Shown here: positions 22,449-33,554 of the stretch, piece by piece
Numbering within the stretch: the stretch's first letter is position 1
How the letters are laid out: each line of letters starts with the position of its first letter
Origin: Nitrosopumilaceae archaeon
Lineage (GTDB): Archaea > Thermoproteota > Nitrososphaeria > Nitrososphaerales > Nitrosopumilaceae
DNA: 64,000 bases
Direction of reading: 5' to 3'
Assembly: GCA_965207375.1 (NCBI GenBank)
Contig: OZ242274.1
Coordinates: 2,016,001 to 2,080,000, forward strand
Translations under genes and position numbers: made by a program
The notes under the pieces: model-generated
The model's database searches: none
What the model saw: only the letters and a program-made list of their open reading frames with translations
Told to the model about the DNA's origin: nothing

Positions 22449-22754
22449 ATGGATGAACTTACAAAAAAGGCAGCAGACATGCTGCTACAAGGTGCAACAC
22501 TAGTAAGCGAGCCATGTCCATATTGTAAGGGAGTACGGGTGATCAAAGATGGCAATGCATTATGTGTCAGTTGTGGAAGGAGACCACAAAAGGAAAGAAT
22601 CGAGCCAAAAACGGTTCTGCAGACACTAGAAGAGAAATTAAAAACATTGTCAGAGGAATTGGAGGTAGAAAAGGATCATCAAAGACAACAAGACATTATA
22701 AAATCAATTGATTCCCTTGTAAGTACAATAACGAATTTAAAAAAACATCAATAA
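22449..22754 (+). CDS. Autoantigen p27 (SSSCA1)-like Zn-ribbon protein
   Basis: KKAADMLLQGATLVSEPCPYC...DG...CVSC. Confidence 0.85.
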   Translation: MDELTKKAADMLLQGATLVSEPCPYCKGVRVIKDGNALCVSCGRRPQKERIEPKTVLQTLEEKLKTLSEELEVEKDHQRQQDIIKSIDSLVSTITNLKKHQ

Positions 22755-22790
22755 GGTTTTTAAGTAAATATTAGATTTGAGTGTATAATC

Positions 22791-22955
22791 ATGGCAGAAA
22801 AAAAAGGCGCACCATTACCAGCATCAAGTGCAGGACTATTGCGTTTCTTTGAGGATGAAACCAAGGGCTTTAAAATTGATCCAAGAATTGTTGTCAGTAT
22901 GCCGATTGGATTAATCGCTATTTCATGGGCATTAGATGTATTGTTGATAAAGTGA
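22791..22955 (+). CDS. secG: Preprotein translocase subunit Sec61beta (not in ORF track)
   Basis: Hand translation: MAEKKGAPLPASSAGLLRFFEDETKGFKIDPRIVVSMPIGLIAISWALDVLLIK. Confidence 0.92.
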   Translation: MAEKKGAPLPASSAGLLRFFEDETKGFKIDPRIVVSMPIGLIAISWALDVLLIK

Positions 22956-22962
22956 CATCACA

Positions 22963-24699
22963 ATGGATGGTTCAGCAAATAACGTATCTGGAATTCACAA
23001 ACGTTATACGTTAACATTATTCAATCCTTCGTCACACTATCAGTCACTTGTTTTTTCAATTGGAATAGTTGCAGCAATAACTGCAGTATCTGTATTTAGC
23101 TACGAGTTCACAGATGACTATATTACAAGAATCATCATGGTAATTCCTGTACTATTAGTTACGCAGATAATCGATTCTAGATTGTTCAAAAATAAAGAAT
23201 ATTCAAAGTCATTACACATGTCGCTGTTTGGAAATTTAATTTGGCTCATAACATCGGCTACGGCAGTTTTGGCAGCACACGTATTAGACAAGCCAGAGAT
23301 TGCTGCAATGCACTTTATTATCGGAATGTTTCTCTTTGTCAGCTTTAGAATAGGGATTTTTACAACAATACTAGGAGTTAGTTTGCCAAAGGCGTGGCTT
23401 ATTTGCTTCATACAGCCTCTAGCAATTTTGCTGACATTGTTGCCGCCAAATATGTGGAATGCATTAATTGATCCCATATCGTTGGCATTTGGAGCAGTTT
23501 TTATCGTAGTTGCATCTGTCTGGTCCAAAATGACTGACGATGCAGGAAAGCCGGGGGTCCAAAGCACTCATGAATTAATTCAGGTGTATCTGTCATCACA
23601 GGGAGAAAGCAACAAGGAGATAGAATCAATTATAGAGGAGCGTTCAAATCAATCTACAATCAAAACGCATCAAATTCGACTTGCAAATGAAAAAGATACA
23701 GATTTGAGACTGGTACTACCAGATATACATCCGGGCCCCTTTCACCCAATAGGCGGAAGCAACATATCATATAGAATTTATGAGACTCTGGACTCGTCGG
23801 CAATGGTACTGCACAGCATCTCTGATCATTCGCTGAACTTGCCATCACAGGCACAGGTGGAAAAATATCTAAAAGATCTTCAAACCACCTCCACCATTGA
23901 TCAAGGCATGACATGTACGGAACCCGTAATAGTACAGATCAACAAGGCAAGGGTGACAGGACTGTTGTTTGATAAAAAACCAATTCTGTTTTTGTCACTG
24001 TCTCCGGTCGGAATGGAGGATCTTCCAAGTTATATAAAAACTGAAATTGAGCAATTTGCAGAGAATCGAAACTTTGAGCAGGTGTTGACAGTTGATTGTC
24101 ACAACGCCATGGGAGCAGAAATATTAAAAACGGATTCAGAGGACATGCTAAAGGCTGCAAAATCCTGTTTGGATACACTGATTACAAAGGAAAAGTACCC
24201 CATAGAGTTTGGATATGCAAATTCCAAAAAATTAAACCTATATACGGTAGATCTGGCAAATGGTGGTCTGGGAATTTTGTGCCTGAAAATTAATGATTCA
24301 AAATATTTTCTTGGGTGGGCAGATGCAAACAATATGGAAAACGGAGTAAGAGAGAAAATCGTTGATGCCTTCAAAGAGCACGGCTATCAGATGTTGGAAA
24401 TATTCACATCAGATACGCACTTTTCACAGGTAAAGGTTCGCAACAAAAACGGATACTATCAATTTGGAATAATTTCAAAGCCAGCAGAGATAGCCAACTG
24501 GTATCTAAAAATTGCAATGGATGCAGAGTCAAATATCAGTCCCGGAAAATTTGAGATATTGCAAAATGTGTCTAAAATTAAAATCATGGGGCCTAAAATA
24601 TTTGAAGATTTTAAAATTGCAATGGATAATTCGCTAAGAATTACAAAGTTTTTTGCAAGTGGTGGATTTGGATTATTTATAATCAGTCTGTTTCTATAG
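22963..24699 (+). CDS. DUF2070 family membrane protein
   Basis: N-terminal TM bundle; IHPGPF..IGGSN, DCHNA, DANNM, TSDTH motifs. Confidence 0.88.
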   Translation: MDGSANNVSGIHKRYTLTLFNPSSHYQSLVFSIGIVAAITAVSVFSYEFTDDYITRIIMVIPVLLVTQIIDSRLFKNKEYSKSLHMSLFGNLIWLITSATAVLAAHVLDKPEIAAMHFIIGMFLFVSFRIGIFTTILGVSLPKAWLICFIQPLAILLTLLPPNMWNALIDPISLAFGAVFIVVASVWSKMTDDAGKPGVQSTHELIQVYLSSQGESNKEIESIIEERSNQSTIKTHQIRLANEKDTDLRLVLPDIHPGPFHPIGGSNISYRIYETLDSSAMVLHSISDHSLNLPSQAQVEKYLKDLQTTSTIDQGMTCTEPVIVQINKARVTGLLFDKKPILFLSLSPVGMEDLPSYIKTEIEQFAENRNFEQVLTVDCHNAMGAEILKTDSEDMLKAAKSCLDTLITKEKYPIEFGYANSKKLNLYTVDLANGGLGILCLKINDSKYFLGWADANNMENGVREKIVDAFKEHGYQMLEIFTSDTHFSQVKVRNKNGYYQFGIISKPAEIANWYLKIAMDAESNISPGKFEILQNVSKIKIMGPKIFEDFKIAMDNSLRITKFFASGGFGLFIISLFL

Positions 24700-25315
24700 T
24701 TTTAAGATCATCTAGATTCCCGTAAAACTCGTCTACAAAGGAGGAAAATTGCAATATTGGAACAATTGGTACCCTGTCAATAAAGTCAATCTTGTCCTGA
24801 TAGAGTGTTACTATTACCGGAACTGCAATAGAATGCTCAGTTTTTGCCACGTATAGTTTTGTTCTTTCTACTTGATTTTCTACTGCTTTACGTAAGGCAG
24901 ATGCGTCGTATCGCTTCCAATGTTTGCAGTCAATAAGCATCGCCACACCGTAATTGATCCCAATCACATCAATTTCCTTGCGGGGTTTTGTTAAAATCAG
25001 GTTCTTTATAGTTGCAAATCCCTTTGAATCCAATATTTTTGCAGTCAATGCTTCAAATGACTTCCAATCAAGGTAAACAGAGACATCATCAATTAATGCA
25101 CCCTTTTCAATTAGCATCAAGGCAGCAGACAACCTATCAGATTCATCAAACATGTACTGCTCATTTACAAGGGTGCCAATATTGTTTTCAACAAAGGCAT
25201 CAAGTACAAACGTCGAATCAGATGATTTCATATCTGTAACGTTGCAAAAATCCAACACAGAAACACCTCCAGGAATTACACCCTCTAGTCCTTTTACCAT
25301 CAAGGCAAGATTCAC
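24683..25315 (-). CDS. Mrr-like PD-(D/E)xK nuclease-fold protein
   Basis: LDWKSFE...EIDVIG...LIDCKHW. Confidence 0.8.
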   Translation of the reverse strand: MNLALMVKGLEGVIPGGVSVLDFCNVTDMKSSDSTFVLDAFVENNIGTLVNEQYMFDESDRLSAALMLIEKGALIDDVSVYLDWKSFEALTAKILDSKGFATIKNLILTKPRKEIDVIGINYGVAMLIDCKHWKRYDASALRKAVENQVERTKLYVAKTEHSIAVPVIVTLYQDKIDFIDRVPIVPILQFSSFVDEFYGNLDDLKTIETD

Positions 25316-25393
25316 GGTGAGTGATCATTTTGTCATGATTTTAAGTGTTTTAAAAAAAGACGTTTAATTATATCTGTAATCACAAATTACAGT

Positions 25394-27844
25394 ATGAAAA
25401 TTTTATTGTATGGTATAATTCCCGTATTGTTGATTTTGTCTGGTTCTGCAAATGCAACAGGCGGTACAAATGTAGACACTATACAATTCATACAGTATTT
25501 GGATGAAAACACGGCCCTAGAGGAGGTTAGAAACGGAAATTTAGACATGTACTATTACAGAATTGCATCAGATAGAATAGAGGGCACAGAATCAAAAAAA
25601 GGCCTAAAGATATACGAATCAACGGGTGGCTCATACAGCATGCTGGTAAATCCGGCAGAATCAGAAAAGTTCAATCCATTTTCAATCAAGGAGGTAAGAT
25701 TTGCACTAAACTATCTCATAGACAGAAAACTAATAGTAAATGAATTGATGGGCGGATACGGAGTCTCTATGATTTCAAATTATGGTCCGTTTGATTCTGA
25801 ATATCTTACAATTCTAAATGAATTAGAACAGTTTCAATTCAAATACAATCCCAAATTAGCATCCAAGATAATTTCAGACGCATTGACTGCCCATGATGCA
25901 CAAAAAATAGACGGCAAATGGCACCACAAAGAAATTCCCGTACAAGTTACAATATTTATCAGAAGTGATGACCCAGTTAGGAAATCAATCGGTGAGATAT
26001 TTGCATCAGAATTAGAACAAATAGGCTTTGAGGTAAAAAAGGACTTTGGAGACCTAAACAAGGCCTTTGTAATAGTGTACGGCTCAAATCCGGCAGACAT
26101 AAAGTGGAATCTATACACAGAAGGATGGGGCGGAAGATCTGCATTTGTAAGGTACGACTCTACAGGATTGGCTCAAATGTATTCTCCATGGTTTTCAAAC
26201 ATGCCAGGATTCAACGATCCGTCATATTGGAATTATAAAAATGACAGGCTTGATGAGCTGACCCAAAAAATCTATACCGGCGATTTTGCTTCAGCAGAAC
26301 AAAGAAATAAACTAATACAAAACGCAACTGTCGAGGCAGTAAATGAGTCGGTGCGGATTTTTCTGGCAAGTAAGATTGATCAGTATGTCGTAAATGAAAA
26401 CGTAAAAGGCGTGATAAATGATTTTGGGGCAGGGGTTCCAACTAGATTCACACCAATCAATGCACGTGGAGACGACACAACACTGACAATAGGCGTAAAG
26501 CAGATCTATCAGGGAGCATGGAATCCGGTAAGGGGTCTAACTGACAGCTACAGCACACATATTTGGAATACACTATACGACCCAGGAGTCTTCAAGCATC
26601 CATTTACAGGAAATACAATTCCAATCAGGGCCCAATGGGAGATACAGACCAATGGAGGAGATGAAAAAATCATGGTGCCTGATGATGCAATAATATGGGA
26701 TCCAAAGCAACAGTCATGGGTCAATGTCACAGATACAGAGGCTACAAGCAAGGTTGTTTTTGATTTAGAGTTTAGCAACTGGCACAACGGCATACCAATG
26801 GATATCTACGATGTCATGTATTCGGTATACTTTGCACTAGAATGGGGCACTGCCCTAGATGAAAATGATAAAACATTTGATACAGAGTACACGCCACAGG
26901 CAGCCCAGATGATCTCAACGCTGGTTGCAATAAGGCCTATAGGAGATACCCAAATCGAGGTATATGTAGACTATTGGCATTTTGATGAGGCAGAAATTGC
27001 AGCATGGGCAGAGGTGTGGAGCAGTATGCCATGGGAAATCTATACAGCTATGGAAAAATCGGTGCTAGATGGCAAGGTATCATTTTCAAGATCGGGGGCA
27101 GTAAGCAAGAATGTGAATTGGTTGTCATTATTAGTGCCCAATGATTCTACAACAATCAAAAACAATCTGCTAGAATTCAAAGAGAACAAAGTCATTCCCA
27201 ATTCATTAAAACAGTTTGGAATAGAAAATCAATACGTGCAAAAAAGATATGATGCCTCCATTGGGTGGATTGATGAAAAAAATCACGCCGTAATTAGCAA
27301 CGGTCCGTTTTATTTGCAAGCATATTATCCAGAATCTAGAACCATATCAATAGCATCCTTTGATGATACATCATACCCCTTCCAAAAGGGGCATTGGTCA
27401 AAGTATGAAAGAGTCGACTTTCCTCAAATTACAAAGATGCAAATCCCTGCAATTATACAAACAGACAAACTAAATTTAGAAATTGAGACCAAAAGTACAT
27501 CAGAATTAAAATATTTTATCAGCAACTCTGATGGAATTGTCAACTCACAACAGATCAAAATAAAGGAAGACAAGGCAAACATTGACATTTCTGATACTGA
27601 AAATCTCAAAGGTGTAAACAACATCAAGATATTTGCAATTTCAGATACGGTTTTGAGACCGGATTTTTATTCTGCAAGCTTTATTGTCTCAGATGAGACC
27701 ATACAGGAAGCAAACCATACAGATACGGTAAACGCACCACAGCAAAACGACAATCAGACCTTTGTCATAATAATACTTGCAGGTATAATACTAGGATTGG
27801 CAGTATATCTTAAACTACGAGCCCGTACTCAGATGCAACGGTGA
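25394..27844 (+). CDS. Peptide ABC transporter substrate-binding protein (family 5)
   Basis: NPFSIKEVRFALNYLIDR, NGPFYL; signal peptide and C-terminal TM anchor. Confidence 0.88.
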   Translation: MKILLYGIIPVLLILSGSANATGGTNVDTIQFIQYLDENTALEEVRNGNLDMYYYRIASDRIEGTESKKGLKIYESTGGSYSMLVNPAESEKFNPFSIKEVRFALNYLIDRKLIVNELMGGYGVSMISNYGPFDSEYLTILNELEQFQFKYNPKLASKIISDALTAHDAQKIDGKWHHKEIPVQVTIFIRSDDPVRKSIGEIFASELEQIGFEVKKDFGDLNKAFVIVYGSNPADIKWNLYTEGWGGRSAFVRYDSTGLAQMYSPWFSNMPGFNDPSYWNYKNDRLDELTQKIYTGDFASAEQRNKLIQNATVEAVNESVRIFLASKIDQYVVNENVKGVINDFGAGVPTRFTPINARGDDTTLTIGVKQIYQGAWNPVRGLTDSYSTHIWNTLYDPGVFKHPFTGNTIPIRAQWEIQTNGGDEKIMVPDDAIIWDPKQQSWVNVTDTEATSKVVFDLEFSNWHNGIPMDIYDVMYSVYFALEWGTALDENDKTFDTEYTPQAAQMISTLVAIRPIGDTQIEVYVDYWHFDEAEIAAWAEVWSSMPWEIYTAMEKSVLDGKVSFSRSGAVSKNVNWLSLLVPNDSTTIKNNLLEFKENKVIPNSLKQFGIENQYVQKRYDASIGWIDEKNHAVISNGPFYLQAYYPESRTISIASFDDTSYPFQKGHWSKYERVDFPQITKMQIPAIIQTDKLNLEIETKSTSELKYFISNSDGIVNSQQIKIKEDKANIDISDTENLKGVNNIKIFAISDTVLRPDFYSASFIVSDETIQEANHTDTVNAPQQNDNQTFVIIILAGIILGLAVYLKLRARTQMQR

Positions 27845-28304
27845 TAATGTCAGCCTCGTCACGTATCATACAATAATCCTCTAAAAGATTTTGATTTAGT
27901 TCGTAAAATGTATGGCCCCACTTGAACTTGTCTAGTAATTTCAGAGCATCATCTTTGTGTCCCAAGATGTACAGTGCGCCTGAAATTGCCTCAACTGTAG
28001 TTAGTTTGTTTAATTTTGAATAATTGACCGGATTTCCTGCAAGCATCGGAGGCAGCTTGCGCAAGATGCCAGTAAATTTTTTGGAAAAGGTGTCTGCTGC
28101 TAAATTCCATGAACAGTCAATGGCAGTAACAGAAGAGGCAAGGGAGGAATCTGATGGAGTCAGAAACTCTGATGCAAAAGGATCTAGTATCAGGGATTTT
28201 TTAGAGGTTTTTTTTACGCCTCGTGCCAGACCGAATTTGACTAGTTTTGCAGCAGTACATTTGTTTGGATCATCTTGTTTGAGCATCAAGATGTTAACCT
28301 TCAT
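27810..28304 (-). CDS. tsr3: rRNA aminocarboxypropyltransferase Tsr3 (DUF367)
   Basis: QDDPNKCTAAKL, IDCSW, LAGNPVNY.K..KLTTVEA, FKWGHTF. Confidence 0.93.
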   Translation of the reverse strand: MKVNILMLKQDDPNKCTAAKLVKFGLARGVKKTSKKSLILDPFASEFLTPSDSSLASSVTAIDCSWNLAADTFSKKFTGILRKLPPMLAGNPVNYSKLNKLTTVEAISGALYILGHKDDALKLLDKFKWGHTFYELNQNLLEDYCMIRDEADIITVASEYGLVV

Positions 28305-28461
28305 GTACAAAAGGATCAAAACCGTACATTATTAGCCTATACCAAGCATCTTATTTTATCATCATCAGGTACAACACTGAAATCAAATTATTTCGATATT
28401 TTGCAAGGCAGACAGGATTAGATTTTTGGTCTAGATAAAATGCAGTTGGAGCAGTGTATTA

Positions 28462-31400
28462 CTAGGAAAGTGGAACGTATGTAATTTTATAATAGAATCT
28501 TGATGGCTGTTGATCTTTTATAATTGAGACCGCAAATGGCTCTAGAGGCAGGCTGCCATCATTTGCAGCAGGCAAAATTGCAAATTTTTCAAATACGACA
28601 TCAGGACCGCTGTAACGAACCTTATAGTCAGCTTGACCAAAAGACACTACCGAATAGATGGCATCAGAAGAACGTGTAGAATTAGATATCAGACAATCAT
28701 CGGACTGACCTATAACACAGACACCATCAGTGGACGTTATTTGCAAGTTGACCTGAGATTCTGCTCCCCTAACAGTCAAAAGAGAGCCAGAAAATGCTCT
28801 CGGAGTTAACGGGTGGCCCTCTGAAAATTTTGGTTCAGGAGCTATCAAAATGTTAGATTCTACAATACGGCTTACCTTGTCAGTAATTCTGCTTGGAGCA
28901 GGTGGGTCCTCAACTAGAAATGTAATTGATACGGTGTCAAATCCGGCATCAACTGTTATCTCATAAGAACCAAGACTGTTTGATTCTGGAATTTTATAAT
29001 CAAAGGTAAAGCTGACGGTAGGATCAGGTTGAATGGAGGTAACAGGGCCTGCGTGCTGACCGCAATAAAATGCACCACATGTGATAGAGTTTTCAGACTG
29101 TTTGATTATACTGACATCAAATGTCTCAACATAGACAATCTTGCTAGGCTGCCCATGAAGTTTTAGGGTATCTCCTGGATAGTATTTTTCTTTGTCAAGG
29201 GTCAAAATTAGTTCCAAGTCAGCACCTGTGCCAAGGACAAATCCGCTAGATACTCCAAACTGAGCGTTAGCAGTCTCACCAGAATAAGACGCCCTAACAT
29301 TGTATGTGCCCTCTAGGAAAACAGATATTGGCAGCTCAAATGAGCTTGTGTAAAAGCCACCATTATCAGGAAATACATTTGCCTCATAGATTACACCATA
29401 GGGGGAAACACCAGATAATACTTTGATGTTTACCAAATCCGGAATTAAACCTGCAGAGCTTTGAGATTTTTCCAAAACATTGCCTCGTACAATTAACGTA
29501 TCACCTAACTGATACAGAGAACGATCTGTAAAAACCGCAAGTGGAGATACATCAAGTGAGTAATTTTGAGGATCTTTTGATATCTTGAAAAATACATTTG
29601 CGTTATTTCCTCCAATTTCTACATTTAGCCGATATACTCCAATGTTGCTTTTGGAGACGGCCCTGTCGTTTTCTGATCCAGAAGAGGTTTCAGATATTGG
29701 AGTGTCCCAACTCCAAGAGAAAAACCCACCATCAATTGTGGTGCCGAATTTATCAGTGTCACCATCTGGCTTGTAAAGCGTAAGGGATACTGCTTGACTG
29801 TCGCTAGTCTGTGCGCCGAATTTTCCAAACAGGTTCAAGGTTTCTCCGAATCCGTAGATTTCCTTATCTATAGACACAATAATTTCAGAGCTTCCCAAGT
29901 TGATTGGATCAGTTACAATAAAAACAGTAGTGTCTTGCAAATTGCCATACTTTGCATGTATCGCATATGCACCTTCAGGGAAAAGTGAGCGTATGGCCTC
30001 AGCATCTACCATAAAGTTGCCAGCAGGATCAGGAATTGCAGTAAATCTTAGATCAACTGGGGCGCCTGCGCGAGTATTTTCATCAGCCGAGGTGCCTGCA
30101 GAAGCCAAAGAGTTGCCAGCAGTGTTTGTAATTGTGATCTCAACTGGTACAGTTACAAAGGTGCTTGCAATTATCTGATTCCGAATAGAACCGCTGATAC
30201 GTACAACCTCACCTATTTCATAGACTGCCTTGTCAGTAACTACAAAAAATGGATCCGTTGGAGAAACAAAGTTTGAAGAATCCTCAACTATGGCAAATTT
30301 TGTGCTAAAGGTGCCTATTTTGCCACTAACAGTCACCCTGTACTCTCCAAAGCTTTCAAAGTTTTCAGGAATGGCAATTTCATGACTAAATGTACTGTCA
30401 CCTTCAAGTTTTACATTGTCTAGTATTTTCAGACCCGTTCCGCCGCTAGTACTCAAAGCAAGATTTGAGGATTTTAAAATTTCAAGTGAAAGGTAAGGGA
30501 CCCAGTGATCATTTGAGCGTCCAGAAATCACAATTATCTCTCCAGGCTCATATGCTGGCTTGTCAGTTTTTAGAGAAACAGGAGTGTTTTCCTTGACGTC
30601 TGCTGTTACATCAAATGTGTGTTGGGCAGTTTGAGTAGAGTATTGTCCCAGTATGCGATATTGCCCATATGCAGGAGAGGTCGTATCTACAAACAGATCA
30701 GTCATAAAAAATACACGTCCAGAGGAATTGCCAAATTCTTTTGGTATGGTTACATCGGAGCTTGGAAACAAGGTGCCCTGTGCAATTTTGTCACCTGCCG
30801 AATCCTCTACGGTAAACTTTAGACCCTCAAAAGGAACCTCTTGCGTAGTAGATGCATAGATTGTAACTGTATCACCTGGCATGTATGAGATTTCATCAGT
30901 AGTAATGTGTAAAGTATGACTTTGTTTTTTAGTAGCTTCAACTATTTGGTGGCCTACTGAAAACTGCACAGTATCGGCCGTATCGCCATACTGAGCTGTA
31001 ACATTATAGATTCCCTCGCTTATACCAAGTACATTTTGCAATCCAATGCTTGTTGAGAATTCAAGATCCAGATTTGGATACAGTGTTATTATATCAGAAT
31101 AGTTTGGTCCAGAGATTGTAATTATGATTTGAACAGGTGCAAAGGTTGGTTTTTCAACAAATAATGCCTCAGATACATTACCATACAAAACAGCAGACTC
31201 TCCAAATACGTATTGTGATTTGTCTGAATTAATTGATACTGAAACTTTTGTAGATTCAGACTGGGTTTCTAGCTTTCCGTTTGTAGAACCTGGAGAAGAG
31301 GTTTCAAATGTCCAGTCAGAATCACTGTCGCTGCCTACTGCGTCATAGATGCGCTGCCATGAGGAAAAGTCATTGTCACTGTCTGTCACAGATGGAGTCT

Positions 31401-31761
31401 TATCGACCAAAGTGCCGTTTGAATTCCAAAGTTGTACAGAATCAGAAATATCAGTAAACCATATTGGCCTATAAGAAAATGTTAAAAATTGCTCTGATTT
31501 TATTTCGGTTCCTGCCGGAATAACAAGCGTCTTTGTTAAAACTGTTGGAACAATCTCCCATCCTCCAATATCAACGGTTTCAGATGTGGGATTGTAGAGT
31601 TCAATCCATTCAGAGATTGTTTTAGAGTCATCGCCTGGAGGATTGGTCTCAATTTCATTAATTACAACATGATTGGCAACTGATGCAGTCTGGGCATATG
31701 CATGGCTGCCGCTAAAAAGCACTAGCGAGAGGGCCAATAATAGCATGATTTGGATTTTCAT
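28462..31761 (-). CDS. Exported lamin-tail-domain protein with multiple Ig-like repeats
   Basis: VVINEIETNP.G.D...EWIELYNP; repeated TDK..Y..G(D/E) units. Confidence 0.88.
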   Translation of the reverse strand: MKIQIMLLLALSLVLFSGSHAYAQTASVANHVVINEIETNPPGDDSKTISEWIELYNPTSETVDIGGWEIVPTVLTKTLVIPAGTEIKSEQFLTFSYRPIWFTDISDSVQLWNSNGTLVDKTPSVTDSDNDFSSWQRIYDAVGSDSDSDWTFETSSPGSTNGKLETQSESTKVSVSINSDKSQYVFGESAVLYGNVSEALFVEKPTFAPVQIIITISGPNYSDIITLYPNLDLEFSTSIGLQNVLGISEGIYNVTAQYGDTADTVQFSVGHQIVEATKKQSHTLHITTDEISYMPGDTVTIYASTTQEVPFEGLKFTVEDSAGDKIAQGTLFPSSDVTIPKEFGNSSGRVFFMTDLFVDTTSPAYGQYRILGQYSTQTAQHTFDVTADVKENTPVSLKTDKPAYEPGEIIVISGRSNDHWVPYLSLEILKSSNLALSTSGGTGLKILDNVKLEGDSTFSHEIAIPENFESFGEYRVTVSGKIGTFSTKFAIVEDSSNFVSPTDPFFVVTDKAVYEIGEVVRISGSIRNQIIASTFVTVPVEITITNTAGNSLASAGTSADENTRAGAPVDLRFTAIPDPAGNFMVDAEAIRSLFPEGAYAIHAKYGNLQDTTVFIVTDPINLGSSEIIVSIDKEIYGFGETLNLFGKFGAQTSDSQAVSLTLYKPDGDTDKFGTTIDGGFFSWSWDTPISETSSGSENDRAVSKSNIGVYRLNVEIGGNNANVFFKISKDPQNYSLDVSPLAVFTDRSLYQLGDTLIVRGNVLEKSQSSAGLIPDLVNIKVLSGVSPYGVIYEANVFPDNGGFYTSSFELPISVFLEGTYNVRASYSGETANAQFGVSSGFVLGTGADLELILTLDKEKYYPGDTLKLHGQPSKIVYVETFDVSIIKQSENSITCGAFYCGQHAGPVTSIQPDPTVSFTFDYKIPESNSLGSYEITVDAGFDTVSITFLVEDPPAPSRITDKVSRIVESNILIAPEPKFSEGHPLTPRAFSGSLLTVRGAESQVNLQITSTDGVCVIGQSDDCLISNSTRSSDAIYSVVSFGQADYKVRYSGPDVVFEKFAILPAANDGSLPLEPFAVSIIKDQQPSRFYYKITYVPLS

Positions 31762-32188
31762 ATCTTACACTGTCATATTATGGTAAAAAAACAATGCTTT
31801 TAGAATGAGATTGTGTAAAAGTTGAGCTAATTGTTAAAGTCAGATATTTTACGAGTATGTCATTTTTCCTTCTAGTATCAAAATTGACACATGTACCCAT
31901 ATTCTGCGCATGTAGGCATTTCTATTTTAGAGCAGGGGTAATCCGGTCACACATATAGGCTACAAAATTATTACTAAACAAGGAATATCTCATGCACAGC
32001 TAAATGTATTGTCTCATGAGTTCTGCTTGGATTATCCACAAAATTTCTCTTCAATATTGGCGACCTTTTCAATGCCGTATAAATTCAATCTAGACTAGTT
32101 TGTGAATCAGGCCCAGAATTTAACACGCAACAGAATGGTGAAATTTTAATCTCTTACGATACAACAATTACAAAACATCAAAAGATAG

Positions 32189-32284
32189 GTATCTGTTAAC
32201 GTTGTTTTAAAATTATGATGATTTTAGGTACAAATTTGGGATGACAAAACAGGGCGAAAGTCTAGGTATGATGTTAATAATTAC
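32189..32284 (+). mobile_element. MITE-like repeat, copy A
   Basis: gtatctgttaacgttgttttaaaatt...tgatgttaataattac. Confidence 0.75.
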
Positions 32285-32583
32285 GATCCTTGTTACTTAG
32301 ATCTAGATTCTAAATAACTCTTCGTCTTTTGGACTTGTCCAAAAGCGACATGTGAATGTTTATTCTTTGATGTGTATTCTGAGTGTATGGATTCTTCGAA
32401 CAATATCTGGCTTCTATGCTGTAATGTTGTAAATATCAAACAATATTGGATTACAAAATCCATATTTTTGCAGATGTGTTTACTGATGATGTGATTTTAC
32501 GCTATATTCTTGTTGTAAAAGCTTAATATTCAAACATTTATAGAAAATCTATTTCATAAAGTTATGTCTAAATCAAATTTTAG

Positions 32584-32685
32584 ATAACTGTTAATGTTGT
32601 TTTAGAATTATGATAATTTTAGGCACGAAGTTGCTTTGTTGTCAAAAGATAAAATAAAAAATTCAGACGTGACGTTAACACTTAC
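32584..32685 (+). mobile_element. MITE-like repeat, copy B
   Basis: ataactgttaatgttgttttagaatt...caaaagataaaataaaaaattcagacgtgacgttaacacttac. Confidence 0.8.
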
Positions 32686-32757
32686 ACAAATTTAGATGTA
32701 GTATTATCAGATTTATTTCAATTCTACCAAACTTCAAATGTTTGATTCTATCGAAAG

Positions 32758-32994
32758 TCATCTTGTAATTTTACGGTCATGATCTGTAATGAATTCATCT
32801 CTTCCAATCATTACATCTCCCAATATCCCTAACTGTAATCCGATCTTCAATACCTTATTTCCTGCGGGTACCGATGTGTAAACATGATTCTTTTTCAATG
32901 TTACATGACTGCAGGTTCTACTTATTATGATGAATTCTTTTTTGATCAAATATTTGATCATTGCATTGCCAGAGATTCTTGGAATTTTTACCAT
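32758..32994 (-). CDS. hicA: HicA family toxin (possibly degenerate)
   Basis: MVKIPRISG..MIKYL.KKEF...RTCSHVTL...VP...LKIG; CSH instead of GSH; TGATG overlap with hicB. Confidence 0.75.
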   Translation of the reverse strand: MVKIPRISGNAMIKYLIKKEFIIISRTCSHVTLKKNHVYTSVPAGNKVLKIGLQLGILGDVMIGRDEFITDHDRKITR

Positions 32995-33194
32995 CAACAA
33001 TCTACAAGTAGCATATTAAAATCAGTTACATTGTCAATTGTTCTAGATGTAAGACTCACTACATCCTTCATGTTCTCAACTATCTCACCATATGTCTCAC
33101 CCTGGGAATTTGCATGTAGTTCATCACATCTTCCTACAAATCCGCCTTCCTCCTTATCTTGTGTTATAATTACTGTGTATGTCTTCTTTTCCAT
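32994..33194 (-). CDS. hicB: HicB family antitoxin (short form)
   Basis: YTVII..DKEEGGFVG.C.EL.ANSQGETYGE..ENMKD. Confidence 0.85.
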   Translation of the reverse strand: MEKKTYTVIITQDKEEGGFVGRCDELHANSQGETYGEIVENMKDVVSLTSRTIDNVTDFNMLLVDC

Positions 33195-33336
33195 GATGGT
33201 ACTCATAACATAACTTAACAAAGGTAAGTATTAAAATCATTAGAGTTTTACAAGTACACCCAAAACAGAACACGATTGCGTCAACTCCTGACAAGATTAA
33301 TGAATATGTAAGATATGTTTTGTTTGCATAAAGATT

Positions 33337-33554
33337 CTAGAAAAGTAGGTCAAGAAATTCTTTCTTTGTCAATCCACATTCAGATGCTATTTGTAGTACC
33401 AATCCTTTTCCTAACTCTTTCTTTTTGAGCACTACTGTCCATGCCCCTTGTCCATTCTCCAATATAATGTGGCTTCCATTCTGATGTGTGGGGTAAAACC
33501 CTACTTTTCTTAATGCTTTTAGAACATCCTATAACTAATCACCGGTAGGCTCAT
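33337..33554 (-). pseudogene. hicA: Frameshifted HicA toxin (not in ORF track)
   Basis: MSLPVISY, then a 1-nt frameshift into DVLKALRKVGFYPTHQNGSHIILE...ELGKGLVLQIASECGLTKKEFLDLLF*; 218 nt; ATGA overlap with hicB. Confidence 0.85.

Noticed and set aside
32285-32583. Possible third cargo gene between MITE copies A and B
   Set aside because: A ~56-codon minus-strand ORF exists but has no convincing family motif.
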